The notes: generated from the letters alone by a model not told the origin. A DNA stretch of 64,000 nt from Robiginitomaculum sp. (GCA_021776635.1 JAJFFN010000038.1:87990-151989), one strand, 5' to 3'; counted from the stretch's first letter, positions 8,299 through 18,665 are shown. Made by a program: numbers and translations.

Positions 8299-9014
8299 GA
8301 TGTTTTACTGTGGTCTGGAAATCGCGAAAAACTAAATTTACCGCGCACGGCACGCGAAAAAAATATGTCAGAAGGCGGGTTGTCATACGCTAGGTAAGTT
8401 TGCAACTGCGCAATCATCATCTGGGTAGCGCGGTGCGTTTTCAGCGTTTTTATTTGCGCAAATGTAAACCAGCCAGTGTCAATCAATTCGGCACTATTTT
8501 TAAAAGGACGTGAAGCGGTTTCCTGGTTTAATCTAGCCAAAAAGAACCAGGTATCAAATCGTTTGTCGCGGTGCGGAGGTGTTATTGCGCGTCCGAATAA
8601 TTCGATATTAGCAAGTGTAGGTACATAACCTTCCTTGTGAAAAGACTTCCATGATGGGTCGTTACTTGCATTTGGTTTATCATCAAATTTATTACCCAAT
8701 ATCAATGATGTTTCTTCGTAAGTTTCCCGCACTGCGGCCAACACACAGGCCCGTGCGCGCGCGGGTGTCATCGCGGCTTCGAGGATTTCTCGTGTCCGTG
8801 AATTAGCGTGATCAAGGGCGGGGGCGTAGCTATCACATCTGTCTACTCGCCCTCCAGGAAATACATAAACTGACGGCATAAAATCATGTCGTGCAGAGCG
8901 TTTACCCATCAATATTTGACGAACACCGTCCCGCTCGCGCAACAGCACAATGGTTGAAGCCAGTTTGGCCCGTGGGGCAACGCGCCCAGGAATAGGTTTA
9001 GGTATTGGAATCAT
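8295..9014 (-). CDS. NUDIX hydrolase
   Basis: YVFPGGRVD, AAVRETYEETS, ITPP...RFDTWFF. Confidence 0.9.
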   Translation of the reverse strand: MIPIPKPIPGRVAPRAKLASTIVLLRERDGVRQILMGKRSARHDFMPSVYVFPGGRVDRCDSYAPALDHANSRTREILEAAMTPARARACVLAAVRETYEETSLILGNKFDDKPNASNDPSWKSFHKEGYVPTLANIELFGRAITPPHRDKRFDTWFFLARLNQETASRPFKNSAELIDTGWFTFAQIKTLKTHRATQMMIAQLQTYLAYDNPPSDIFFSRAVRGKFSFSRFPDHSKTS

Positions 9015-9105
9015 CTTGGCGTCATAGGATGTAGACGTATTATTGTATAGCTATGATTCGTAAAACGCTACGTTATCTTGATAAAAATACTTTGTTTTAT
9101 CTCTT

Positions 9106-10920
9106 TTAGGGAATTCTTTTAGGATGTCCCGGTGGGTATAAATATGCGCGTCCGAACGGTAAAGCTAGTTGCGGAACAAAACTACTATAACAAACATTTT
9201 GCACAGGAACGGGAACATTACCATCACATGCGGCAACACAAGCATCTCTATTACTATCATTTTGGTTGCTAGGACAGTGACCATCTGATTTATCTGCATC
9301 AGAAGTCCATTTTGAAAGTGCCGATGTTACCCAGCTATTATTGCCATGCACTCCGTCAACCAGATCGTCAATCTCCTGACGTAATTGTGAATTTTGAGCT
9401 TTTAGACTTTCAATTGCATTACGCTCATGTTGGTACAATCCACCACCTAAAGTACCAGCATAACGTAGGGGAGGGTTTGGTACAAATTTATTACCGGCAT
9501 GACGGATGACCATGTCTGTATTTGTGTTGATATATATATGGATTACACGTTTCTTTGCATCTCGTTCGATTTGACCAATGCGATTATTGTTTTTTCTTAT
9601 TTCCGCTTCTTTGGCTTCATAATCACTGTCTTTTAATTGTTCTGAAGTGCCGTAAATGGAGCGAATATGTTTTTGCGCCAAATCTGCTAAAGCTAACTCA
9701 TGCACACCCTGTTGCCAGTTTGCTACACAGCGGTCCTGACACACGCTGATTATTGTTGGCCCTTTTTTACAAACAGCATTGAATGCAGCTAACTCCCTTG
9801 CGCAGTCTGTTCTAAATTCTTTGTTCAAAACATTGCAAACTTTTCTCGGGCTTTGACCACATGGATTTGATTGATAGATAGCGAGTGGGCTGTTTTTAGG
9901 GATTTCAGGAAAATTTGGTATTTCGGGCATTTCCGGGACATCTACATATACATCTTCCATTCCGAAACCCGAGAAGTCAGGTGTCATAAATGAACCATCA
10001 GGGTTCATTTGTGGATCTGCACCTATGCCAGGTCCGACCACTGTGCCGTCATAATCTACCTCGCTTGCATCAGGCAATTCTGCATCACCAGTTATCTTAT
10101 CCATTTCCTCTTTCAATTTAGCAAATTGCCTGTCTTGCTCTGCTAGGTCAGCTTCGACCTCGTCCATAGCTTTTTGCGCAGCTAGGGCTTCTGCCAATGC
10201 CGCATCCGCTTCTTTTAATGTTGGCCCGATGATTGGCTCGTCGCAATCTTCAAATTGTGGATAATCAGCCGTTTTAAGAATGTTTTCCATTCTTTTAAGC
10301 ATGTCGCCATATGCTTGGCTGTAAGCTTGTCCAAGAATATAATAGCGAGAACTGTTCGCATTTTTATTCATGATTTCAATGATACTCGGCGTTATTTCAA
10401 CATTTCCAAGCGTATCGTGTACGGCAGCCCAAAATAAACTCCAGCGACGTTTACCTTGTTCTATTGGGCTGTTTTGCTCATACTCTCCGCTTGCTTGCGT
10501 GAGTGCGTCAATACTCTCCATTTTTCTTTGTAGATAGAGACTAGCCTTAACATAAGCCACGATTAAACGTTCGATTGAAGCATCATATTGAGCACGATCA
10601 CAGGATGTAGCTGCGACCTGAGCCTCATCAATGCGCTTATTAACCGTTCCGACATAACCGTCAGCAACTGAGAACATACGGGCTATTAATGGTTTCAAAT
10701 CTTCATTTGATGTATATTTTTCAACCAATATATCAATTGGCTCCGATGAAGGATTGCCAAAAGCATCTAAATTATCGTTATCGTAAAGCATATCTTCTGC
10801 TGCGGTAGTTGGGTTAAGTCGAGGGAAAGGTTTGGTGGCGTTTCTCGAAGTTTCATCGGCAAAACTTGATGAAGCAAGTCCTATAAAAAATACAAACAAA
10901 GAAAAATATACAGTACGCAT
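9106..10920 (-). CDS. Hypothetical secreted Cys-rich coiled-coil protein
   Basis: Long ORF, signal peptide MRTVYFSLFVFFIGLASSSFA, 12 Cys, no family recognised. Confidence 0.8.
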   Translation of the reverse strand: MRTVYFSLFVFFIGLASSSFADETSRNATKPFPRLNPTTAAEDMLYDNDNLDAFGNPSSEPIDILVEKYTSNEDLKPLIARMFSVADGYVGTVNKRIDEAQVAATSCDRAQYDASIERLIVAYVKASLYLQRKMESIDALTQASGEYEQNSPIEQGKRRWSLFWAAVHDTLGNVEITPSIIEIMNKNANSSRYYILGQAYSQAYGDMLKRMENILKTADYPQFEDCDEPIIGPTLKEADAALAEALAAQKAMDEVEADLAEQDRQFAKLKEEMDKITGDAELPDASEVDYDGTVVGPGIGADPQMNPDGSFMTPDFSGFGMEDVYVDVPEMPEIPNFPEIPKNSPLAIYQSNPCGQSPRKVCNVLNKEFRTDCARELAAFNAVCKKGPTIISVCQDRCVANWQQGVHELALADLAQKHIRSIYGTSEQLKDSDYEAKEAEIRKNNNRIGQIERDAKKRVIHIYINTNTDMVIRHAGNKFVPNPPLRYAGTLGGGLYQHERNAIESLKAQNSQLRQEIDDLVDGVHGNNSWVTSALSKWTSDADKSDGHCPSNQNDSNRDACVAACDGNVPVPVQNVCYSSFVPQLALPFGRAYLYPPGHPKRIP

Positions 10921-11044
10921 AAGCCTTCTGCCCTCCATTGAAATAGACTTTTGTCAGTAATTTATAGCACTCCATCGCCATTTTGCCAAGAACCTTAAAC
11001 TATGTGTTTGATAGCTGGTGAATAGGAACCATTTGTGGAGTGCT

Positions 11045-11431
11045 CTAGTTTTGCTTAGAGCTAATTCCTGCCAAAACCAGCAACCCTGCTAGAATACCCA
11101 AATTCTTGATAAAGTTTTGCAGTTCGTGAGCGGCTTCTATGCCTGTGAAATTCCAGAAATCGTGCATGAGGGCATTTATCACCATGATATAAAGCACAAA
11201 GCCGAGTGAGACCAAACGCACATAACGGTTAAGCAGGAGCAAAAACGCGCCAATGATTTGTGCCGCGCCTACAATATATAAGAGCGGCAAAGCATAAGGG
11301 ATATTATGGTGCTGCATCATTTCGACCTGACTGCTGGGCACCAATAATTTAGCGATGCCAGGAAGCAGGAAATACAAGGCAAGCAGGATGCGTCCTGTGG
11401 TCACGTAAATTTTTGATGTTTTGCCTGTCAT
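11045..11431 (-). CDS. DoxX family membrane protein
   Basis: GRILLALYFL, HDFWNF, NFIKNLGILAGLL. Confidence 0.88.
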   Translation of the reverse strand: MTGKTSKIYVTTGRILLALYFLLPGIAKLLVPSSQVEMMQHHNIPYALPLLYIVGAAQIIGAFLLLLNRYVRLVSLGFVLYIMVINALMHDFWNFTGIEAAHELQNFIKNLGILAGLLVLAGISSKQN

Positions 11432-11436
11432 GGTAA

Positions 11437-13743
11437 TTATCTCCGCCGTCTTTTGTGTTTGCTGCCCTTGCTGCCTTTGTTGCCCCTGTTGCCTTTGAAG
11501 CCACCGCTGCTACGGCCTCTGCGTTTTGCTAGATGTTTGGCCAAATGCTTAGGAAGTGTGCCTTTTTCCGGCTTGGAAAGAATTTCAAAAAGTAGTCCGC
11601 CTTGCAGGGGTTTGGCTTCGGAGAGCTTAACTTCTACGCGCCTCCCAAAATGATATGTAGCGCCCGTGTCCGCACCGATTAGAGATTTGGATTTTTCGTC
11701 GAATATAAACTTCTCAAATCCAATTGTGCGGGCAGGGACGAAGCCGTCTGCACCTGTCTCGTCCAGACCTATGAACAGACCCGCAGTCGTGACGCCCGTA
11801 ATGCGGCCTTTGAAAGTTGCGCCGATTTTATCGGCTAGAAATGCAGCAATATAGCGGTCTTTTGCATCGCGTTCTGCCGCCATAGCACTGCGCTCCGTGC
11901 TTGAGATATGCTCGGATATTTCTTTGAGACGCGTTAGTTCTTCGGCGCTCGTTCCGCCGTCCCCAAGCCCGAACGCTTTGACCAATGCCCTATGTACCAC
12001 CAAATCTGCATAGCGGCGAATAGGCGAAGTGAAGTGAGCGTAATGTGTCAGGCTTAGACCAAAATGACCTTTGTTTTGAGGCGTGTAGAAAGCTTTCATC
12101 TGTGTGCGTAAAACCGACATAGATACGGTTTCCTCGCAGTCACGACCGCGTGCTTGTTCAATCAATTTGTTGAAACGTTTTGGGGTCGCGCGTTGGCCCA
12201 TTGACCATTTAAGATCAAGGGCAGGCAGAAAATCTGCTAAGCCTTGCACCTTCTCCATTTCCGGCGGTTCGTGGACGCGGTATATCACTGGCGTATCTGC
12301 CCGCTCCAAAGCTTGAGCGGCGCAAACATTGGCCTGTATCATAAATTCTTCGACCAATTTGTGTGCATCAAAACGAGCTTTGACCTCTATGCCTGTGACC
12401 CGTCCTTTTTTATCAAGCACGACCTTGCGCTCCGGCATTTCAATTTCCAGAGGCCCTCGGCGATTTCGAGCAGCGCGTACGGCTTTGTAGGCCGTATAAA
12501 TATCGGTAAGAATGTCTGATACAGGTGTGGCTACTTCGCCTGGATTGCCGTCAAAAGCTTCTTGTGCTTGCGCGTATGTGAGCCGTGCATGCGAGCGCAT
12601 AAGTCCGCGCATAAATGTATGGCTGATTTTATCGCCGTTCCTGTCAAAACGCATCTTTACGACCAAACAGGCTCGGTCTTCATGGGGGCGCAAGGAGCAT
12701 AAATCTGCAGATATTTCTTCGGGCAACATAGGCTCAACTCGATCAGGAAGGTAAACCGAGTTGCCGCGTTTAAATGCGCCTTTATCCAGTGGAGAGCCAG
12801 GTGCGACGAATGCGCTCACATCGGCAATAGCCACCCAAACTATATGTCCACCCCGGTTCTTGGCACTATCGTCGGGCAGTGCGTAAATAGCGTCGTCAAA
12901 ATCTTTGGCGTCAACGGGGTCGATGGTCAGAAGCGGTAAATCCCGCAAATCTTTGCGGTGTTTTCCTACTTGGGGCAAGGTCAGTGCTTTGGCATCTGAC
13001 AATTCTTTGTCACTAAATCCGGTTGGGATATTGTGCTCAAGTAGCGAGATTAAGGACGCCGCCTTACCGTGTTTGGCATTACCAATTATTTTGATAATGC
13101 GGGCTATGCGTTCGCCTTTATGGCGGCTACCGGATAGTTCAAACTCGACGATATCTAAATCGTTAATTTTGGCACCCTTTTCAGGGATATAGTCAAAGCG
13201 GGAACCTTTTTTGGCAGGGCGAATACGCAGACCGCGGCTACCCCCACGTCCGGCTTTAACAACAAAGCCAACTTCGGCCCTTGGCCCATCGCCGAGTTTC
13301 TTGATGACGGTAGCATAGATACCACTTTCCGTAGTTTTCAAACGGCACAGAGCGCTGTCACCAACGCTAACTTGGTTAGCATTGCGGTGACCTCTGTTCT
13401 TTCGTCCCGATTTTTGTCGGATGATGACTTGCGGTTTGTCTTGGTCTTTGTCCCATTTAGCGGGCACAGCGATGACATCGCCTTGGTCGTCAATATGGTC
13501 AATATCGAGAACCATGACGTTAGGAAGGGCATCGGACATACGGTATGCTTTGTTGTCGCCCCTGACGAATGTACCGTCCTTCATCAATTCACCGATGGCA
13601 AGGCGCAGATCGCGACGTGCGTCTCCAGTAATACCAAGTGCACGGGCAATTTCCCGCTTGGTCAGTCCTGTTTTTTGGCTGTCTTTACTTGGGTTAGCGC
13701 CGCTCCTGACCGTTTCGATTAAGGTTTCGCGGGTAATTTTCAT
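11437..13743 (-). CDS. rnr: Ribonuclease R
   Basis: TIDPVDAKDFDDA, HFTSPIRRYADL, S1 domain, basic tail. Confidence 0.97.
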   Translation of the reverse strand: MKITRETLIETVRSGANPSKDSQKTGLTKREIARALGITGDARRDLRLAIGELMKDGTFVRGDNKAYRMSDALPNVMVLDIDHIDDQGDVIAVPAKWDKDQDKPQVIIRQKSGRKNRGHRNANQVSVGDSALCRLKTTESGIYATVIKKLGDGPRAEVGFVVKAGRGGSRGLRIRPAKKGSRFDYIPEKGAKINDLDIVEFELSGSRHKGERIARIIKIIGNAKHGKAASLISLLEHNIPTGFSDKELSDAKALTLPQVGKHRKDLRDLPLLTIDPVDAKDFDDAIYALPDDSAKNRGGHIVWVAIADVSAFVAPGSPLDKGAFKRGNSVYLPDRVEPMLPEEISADLCSLRPHEDRACLVVKMRFDRNGDKISHTFMRGLMRSHARLTYAQAQEAFDGNPGEVATPVSDILTDIYTAYKAVRAARNRRGPLEIEMPERKVVLDKKGRVTGIEVKARFDAHKLVEEFMIQANVCAAQALERADTPVIYRVHEPPEMEKVQGLADFLPALDLKWSMGQRATPKRFNKLIEQARGRDCEETVSMSVLRTQMKAFYTPQNKGHFGLSLTHYAHFTSPIRRYADLVVHRALVKAFGLGDGGTSAEELTRLKEISEHISSTERSAMAAERDAKDRYIAAFLADKIGATFKGRITGVTTAGLFIGLDETGADGFVPARTIGFEKFIFDEKSKSLIGADTGATYHFGRRVEVKLSEAKPLQGGLLFEILSKPEKGTLPKHLAKHLAKRRGRSSGGFKGNRGNKGSKGSKHKRRRR

Positions 13744-13767
13744 AATTTATTTTCTTTGTATAAAAGC

Positions 13768-16335
13768 TTAATCTTTTTTGGGAGCCGCTTTCTTCTTAGT
13801 GGGCGTTTTCTTTTTCGCTGCTGATTTTTTCTTTGAAGGGGCTTTGCGTTTTTTGGCAGGCCCTTTGGCTATTTTGGCGGCAATATATTCGACGGCCATG
13901 TCCATAGTCACATCATTTGGATCAATATCCTTGGGTATGGTCGCATTGATTTTCTCGCTTTTAACATAAGGGCCATAGCGTCCGCTCATGACGCGCACTG
14001 GTTTTTTGGTTTCTGGGTGATCGCCAAGTTCTTTAAGCGTCCCAGCCCCACCAGCGCCGCGTTTGGCTTTCTTCTCCGCCAAGAGTGTCACAGCGCGGTT
14101 TATGCCTACTTCGAACATTTCGTCTGCGCTTTGTAAATTGGCATAAACGCCTGCATGTAATATATATGGGCCAAAACGACCAATCGCACCGGTGATTTTC
14201 TTGCCGTCTTGCGGGTGGTCACCAATATGCCTGGGCAGGGAGAGGAGTTTGAGAGCCTTAAATAAATCAATGCTATCAAATGGCCAGTCTTTTGGCAGAC
14301 TGGTACGTTTAGGTTTCTTCTCTTCGCCCAGTTGAACATAGGGCCCATAACGCCCGGTTTTTAGCCAAACGTCTAGGCCAGTGTCTGGGTCAGTGCCTAG
14401 AACGGTGTCTTCGGAAGGGGTATCGTCGCCGCCCTTACCAAATGAGCGTGTGTGTTTGCAATCGGGATAGTTGGTACAGCCGATGAAAGAGCCAAATCGG
14501 CTAACTTTCAGGCTTAATTGACCATTTTCACAATTTGGGCATTTGCGTGGGTCAGATCCGTCTTCTTTTTCGGGAAAAACCATTGGGCCAAGGGCGATAT
14601 TTAGGGCGTCAAGGACTTGTGAAATACGGAGTTCCTTGGTGCCGTCTACGTGGGCGGAAAATCCGTCCCAAAAATTGGCCAGCAGTTTCTTCCATTCCAA
14701 TTTGCCGTCCGAAACCAAATCAAGGCGTTCTTCTAGGTCTGCTGTATATTCATATTGAACATATTTTGTAAAAAATTCTTCCAAGAATGCGATGACCAAG
14801 CGGCCTTTATCAGCCGGTATGAAACGGCGTTTATCCAAGGTTACATAACCTCTGTCTTGTAAGACCTTTAAGATTGAAGCGTAAGTTGAAGGGCGGCCAA
14901 TGCCGAGTTCTTCCATTTTCTTGACCAGTGAGGCTTCGCTGTAACGAGGTGGTGGTTGTGTAAAATGCTGTTCAGCGTCAATTTTTTCTGCAACGACCAT
15001 ATCATTAGCCGCTACTTCAGGGAGACGAACAGTTTCGGCCTCTGATTTTTTTGCGCGTTCTTGATAAAGAACCAGATATCCATCAAAACGAACGACTGTG
15101 CCGCTTGCGCGCAAACCAACCGTTTTGGCCTTGTCACCTATTTCAATTGTTGTGCGTTCCAATTGTGCCGTTGCCATTTGGCTAGCCATGGCGCGGTTCC
15201 AAATCAGTTGGTAGAGTTTTGCCTGATCACCAGAAAGCTTTAAGTCGTCAGGGGTGCGTGTGAAGCTGGTCGGTCTTATAGCTTCATGGGCTTCTTGAGC
15301 GTTCTTGGCTTTTGATTTGTATATACGGACGTTTTCAGGGAGGTATTTTTCGCCGAATTTATTGCCAATTGCAGAACGCGCTTCGGAAATGGCCTCGCCA
15401 ACCATTGAGACACCATCCGTACGCATATAAGTAATTAGTCCGACGGTTTCGCCGCCAATATTAATGCCTTCATATAATTTCTGTGCCGTTTGCATGGTGC
15501 GCGTTGCTGAAAATCCAAGACGACCAGAAGCATCTTGTTGCAAGGTAGAAGTGGTATACGGAGGAAGAGGGTTGCGTTTAACTGGTTTTGCCGTCACCGA
15601 TTTAATAGAGAGCGAGGCTGCTTTTACGGCATCACGGGCTGCGAGACCTGCCTTTTCATCCGCCAATGAAAACCTTGTTAGTTTCTCATCATTGAGGGCA
15701 ACGAGTTTGGCGGGAAAATTTTTGCCCTTTGTACTGGCGATGTCTGCATCAACAGTCCAGTATTCCTGGTTTTGAAACTGCTCAATTTCAGTTTCGCGTT
15801 CTGTAATCAAGCGTAAGCATACAGATTGAACGCGCCCTGCAGACCGAGAACCAGGCAATTTACGCCATAATACTGGGGACAGTGTAAAACCTACCAAATA
15901 ATCCAGAGCCCGACGCGCCAAATAGGCATTGACCAGCTCCATGTCTAATTCGCGCGGTGATTTAATAGCATCAGTTACGGATTTTTTAGTAATCGCGTTA
16001 AATACAACGCGCTCGACTTGTTTGTCCTTGAGGGCTTTGCGCTTGGCAAGCACTTCAAGTAAATGCCACGAAATGGCTTCACCTTCGCGGTCTGGGTCAG
16101 TTGCGAGTATAAGCTTGTCTGATGACTTTAGAGCCTTGACTATATCTGTGATCCGTTTTTTTGCACGGGTATCGACGGCCCAATCCATTGCAAAGTCTTC
16201 CTCAGGGCGCACAGAGCCATTTTTGGAGGGAAGGTCACGAATATGCCCAAAGCTCGCTAAGACTTTATAATCTTTGCCTAGGTATTTTTCTATTGTTTTG
16301 GCTTTCGCCGGCGATTCCACAATCACTAAGTTCAT
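13768..16335 (-). CDS. topA: DNA topoisomerase I
   Basis: MNLVIVESPAKAKTI, ATDPDREGE, SAGRVQS, ITYMRTD; start set at ATG 16335. Confidence 0.98.
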   Translation of the reverse strand: MNLVIVESPAKAKTIEKYLGKDYKVLASFGHIRDLPSKNGSVRPEEDFAMDWAVDTRAKKRITDIVKALKSSDKLILATDPDREGEAISWHLLEVLAKRKALKDKQVERVVFNAITKKSVTDAIKSPRELDMELVNAYLARRALDYLVGFTLSPVLWRKLPGSRSAGRVQSVCLRLITERETEIEQFQNQEYWTVDADIASTKGKNFPAKLVALNDEKLTRFSLADEKAGLAARDAVKAASLSIKSVTAKPVKRNPLPPYTTSTLQQDASGRLGFSATRTMQTAQKLYEGINIGGETVGLITYMRTDGVSMVGEAISEARSAIGNKFGEKYLPENVRIYKSKAKNAQEAHEAIRPTSFTRTPDDLKLSGDQAKLYQLIWNRAMASQMATAQLERTTIEIGDKAKTVGLRASGTVVRFDGYLVLYQERAKKSEAETVRLPEVAANDMVVAEKIDAEQHFTQPPPRYSEASLVKKMEELGIGRPSTYASILKVLQDRGYVTLDKRRFIPADKGRLVIAFLEEFFTKYVQYEYTADLEERLDLVSDGKLEWKKLLANFWDGFSAHVDGTKELRISQVLDALNIALGPMVFPEKEDGSDPRKCPNCENGQLSLKVSRFGSFIGCTNYPDCKHTRSFGKGGDDTPSEDTVLGTDPDTGLDVWLKTGRYGPYVQLGEEKKPKRTSLPKDWPFDSIDLFKALKLLSLPRHIGDHPQDGKKITGAIGRFGPYILHAGVYANLQSADEMFEVGINRAVTLLAEKKAKRGAGGAGTLKELGDHPETKKPVRVMSGRYGPYVKSEKINATIPKDIDPNDVTMDMAVEYIAAKIAKGPAKKRKAPSKKKSAAKKKTPTKKKAAPKKD

Positions 16336-16497
16336 AAAACACCACATTATCGGAGAAAATTTTGGCGATATCTGGGGGAAGCATCTCAAATTGTCAACAG
16401 TTCGTATGAAAAAACACAAAACTATACGCGAGTAAAATAAGCGCTTTACAACCTATAAGGTAAAATGTATTAATATGTATTAAAACGGGAGCGTGTT

Positions 16498-16692
16498 ATG
16501 AGCAAAGAATTAAATACATCTATTGAAGTTGAGAAAGGTGAGCTTGAGCAATTTCATATGCCATCTCAGGCAGTACGTAACTATATAACGGATATGTTGG
16601 CTGAACTCTGTTTGGTCGCAAAACAAGACGGACAAGAAGACCTACATGTTCTTTTGAAGCTGACATACCAAGCAGTACGAAATGCGGCTTAA
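16498..16692 (+). CDS. Small hypothetical helical protein
   Basis: SD GGGAG, 64 aa, YITDMLAEL motif, fills the topA-ruvX gap. Confidence 0.65.
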   Translation: MSKELNTSIEVEKGELEQFHMPSQAVRNYITDMLAELCLVAKQDGQEDLHVLLKLTYQAVRNAA

Positions 16693-16694
16693 AG

Positions 16695-17147
16695 TTATAA
16701 CCTTAGGCGGTCCAAAACACCTTGTAAAATATAGCTAGCCGCCAGTTTATCAACCGCTCCGGATCTTTTTGCGCGTGATGTGTCCGCTTCTAATAATGTT
16801 CGTGTTACGGCCGCAGTGGATAGCCTCTCATCCCAGAGCAAAATGGGAATATCTCTTAATTGCAAGAGATTATGACAAAAATCCTTAACCGACTGGCTAC
16901 GCGGGCCCTCAGAGCCGTCCATGTTGACCGGATTACCGACGATAATTGCTTCGCATTTCCTATCATCATAAAGTTCAAAAATTTTAGCAGCGTCTGGCGT
17001 GAATTTCTTACGCCGTATTGTTTGTATTGGTGTAGCGATTAATCGCGTAGTATCGCTAACTGCTAGCCCAAACGTTTTGGTGCCAGGATCAATCCCGAGC
17101 AGAGGGCCTTTGGTGTCGGCTAGATTTTCAATAGTGATTATACTCAT
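16695..17147 (-). CDS. ruvX: YqgF/RuvX RNase H-like nuclease
   Basis: LLGIDPGTKTFGLAVSD, WDERLST, VDKLAASYILQ. Confidence 0.95.
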   Translation of the reverse strand: MSIITIENLADTKGPLLGIDPGTKTFGLAVSDTTRLIATPIQTIRRKKFTPDAAKIFELYDDRKCEAIIVGNPVNMDGSEGPRSQSVKDFCHNLLQLRDIPILLWDERLSTAAVTRTLLEADTSRAKRSGAVDKLAASYILQGVLDRLRL

Positions 17148-17181
17148 GCGTTTCTATAACTTTCAGAGATGAAAATACTAG

Positions 17182-17214
17182 GGTCATAATTAATGTATTG
17201 AATATATCCTGAAC
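17182..17214. mobile_element. Collapsed MITE remnant flanked by CTAG duplication
   Basis: ctag-ggtca-taattaatgtattgaatatatcctgaac-ctag resembles the ends of the 21844-22104 element. Confidence 0.6.
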
Positions 17215-18069
17215 CTAGGTTTTGCCCAGCTCTTGCGATTTTTTATAGGCTGCTTTAACGGCGTCCCCCATTAATTTTGGCAATCCGTCTTTGGCCATCA
17301 ATACATCAAGTGCAGCCTCGGTTGTGCCGCCAGCTGACGTGACGGATTTTCGTAAATTTGATGCAGAATCATGAGAACGCGCCAATACCGTTCCTGATCC
17401 TATCACTGTATGGCGCGCCAATTCGTTTGCAAGTTCGGGGCTAAGGCCAAGGTTTTCCCCAGCAGCAGCCAAAATTTCGGTCAGATAAAACACATAACCC
17501 GGGCCAGAACCAGAAACGGCTGTCACCATATCAATTTCGCGTTCATTGCTAACCATCACGACTTTTCCACTTGCGCGCAAACGCGGTTCCGCAATATCAC
17601 GATGTTGCTGCGTCACCCCATTGCCACAAACATAGCCTGTAATACCAGCCTTGTAAGCTGCAGGAAGATTTGGCATGGCCCGAATTATTGGTCGTTCACC
17701 AAATATTTCGGTTAATCTATATAGATCAATACCCGCCATAATTGAAACGACAAGGGTATCTTTTGGCAAAGCACCTGCCAAGGCAGGGCCGACTTGTGCA
17801 AACATTTGCGGCTTAATTGCCAACAAACACATTTTAAGTCCAGATGCCGCTCCTTTAGTTAGGGTCGCAGAGAATTTCACGCCAAGTTTCAGTGCACGTT
17901 CTGCTGCCTGTCCAGGTGCAGGATCTATAACCAAAATTTCCTGTGCTTTCAAAGCCTTGGCGCCTCGGTCCGACAACCACCCGCTCAAGAGTGCACCACC
18001 CATATTTCCAGCGCCTATGAGAGCATGGGTATTACTCGAAAGTCTTCCGTGTTTTACGACACTATTCAC
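17215..18069 (-). CDS. proC: Pyrroline-5-carboxylate reductase
   Basis: IGAGNMG, AIKPQ, RAMPN, SGSGPGY, VTSAGGTT. Confidence 0.96.
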   Translation of the reverse strand: MNSVVKHGRLSSNTHALIGAGNMGGALLSGWLSDRGAKALKAQEILVIDPAPGQAAERALKLGVKFSATLTKGAASGLKMCLLAIKPQMFAQVGPALAGALPKDTLVVSIMAGIDLYRLTEIFGERPIIRAMPNLPAAYKAGITGYVCGNGVTQQHRDIAEPRLRASGKVVMVSNEREIDMVTAVSGSGPGYVFYLTEILAAAGENLGLSPELANELARHTVIGSGTVLARSHDSASNLRKSVTSAGGTTEAALDVLMAKDGLPKLMGDAVKAAYKKSQELGKT

Positions 18070-18077
18070 TACGCCCC

Positions 18078-18626
18078 CTAACCATGAGCCGCCAAATCCA
18101 GTAAAGCTGTATCCAGAGCATCTTCAGGTGATTTACCCGCCCAAACCACATATTGGCATGCTGGGTAGCCGCGCTCTGCGGCTTCTAAGGCTCCAGCTAA
18201 GAGTGCCATTGCTTGTTCTATTGTCAATTTTGCTCCCCCTGCCAAATTTAACGTATTGCGATATACCAGTGAATTATTTGTGGTCCAAAAGTCAAAATGC
18301 CCCGTACTTAACCTCTCATTTATTAATGTTAAAAGTCTGCAAATGTCATTACTACGCCCGCCTGGTGCACGGCTATCCAATAATAAATACAGCTCAATCT
18401 GTTCGGCTTTATTATTCCAAACCAAAGAAACATCGTGCGCACACCATAAACCAGACAATGAAATATGAATTTCACTGGCGCTGATCCGTTCAAAATCTAA
18501 ATGATCCGCAACAGATAATCTTTCAAGTACATCTATGGGATTGCCACGCACTGTACGAGCAGCCGCAAGTTTTGCACTTGGCAGTGAAGCATTTTTAGCA
18601 ATGATATCTTCAACAACTCGCATCAA
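18078..18626 (-). CDS. YbjN/DUF1790-like conserved protein
   Basis: NPIDVLE, INERLSTGHFDFW, ERGYPACQYVVWAGKSPEDA; usual neighbour of proC. Confidence 0.85.
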   Translation of the reverse strand: MMRVVEDIIAKNASLPSAKLAAARTVRGNPIDVLERLSVADHLDFERISASEIHISLSGLWCAHDVSLVWNNKAEQIELYLLLDSRAPGGRSNDICRLLTLINERLSTGHFDFWTTNNSLVYRNTLNLAGGAKLTIEQAMALLAGALEAAERGYPACQYVVWAGKSPEDALDTALLDLAAHG

Positions 18627-18650
18627 ACATCCTTAAACACATTCGATTCT

Positions 18651-18665
18651 TTAAGGTCACGTTAA
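18651..18665. promoter_or_regulatory. Putative CtrA box TTAA-N7-TTAA
   Basis: TTAA ggtcacg TTAA just upstream of the YbjN-like gene. Confidence 0.45.

Noticed and set aside
16470..16483. CtrA box upstream of the small ORF
   Set aside because: Spacing is TTAA-N6-TTAA, not N7.
17675..18484. Long antisense ORFs (also 41546-42199, 49611-50234, 50957-51487 and similar)
   Set aside because: They shadow well-supported genes on the opposite strand and show no recognisable motifs.
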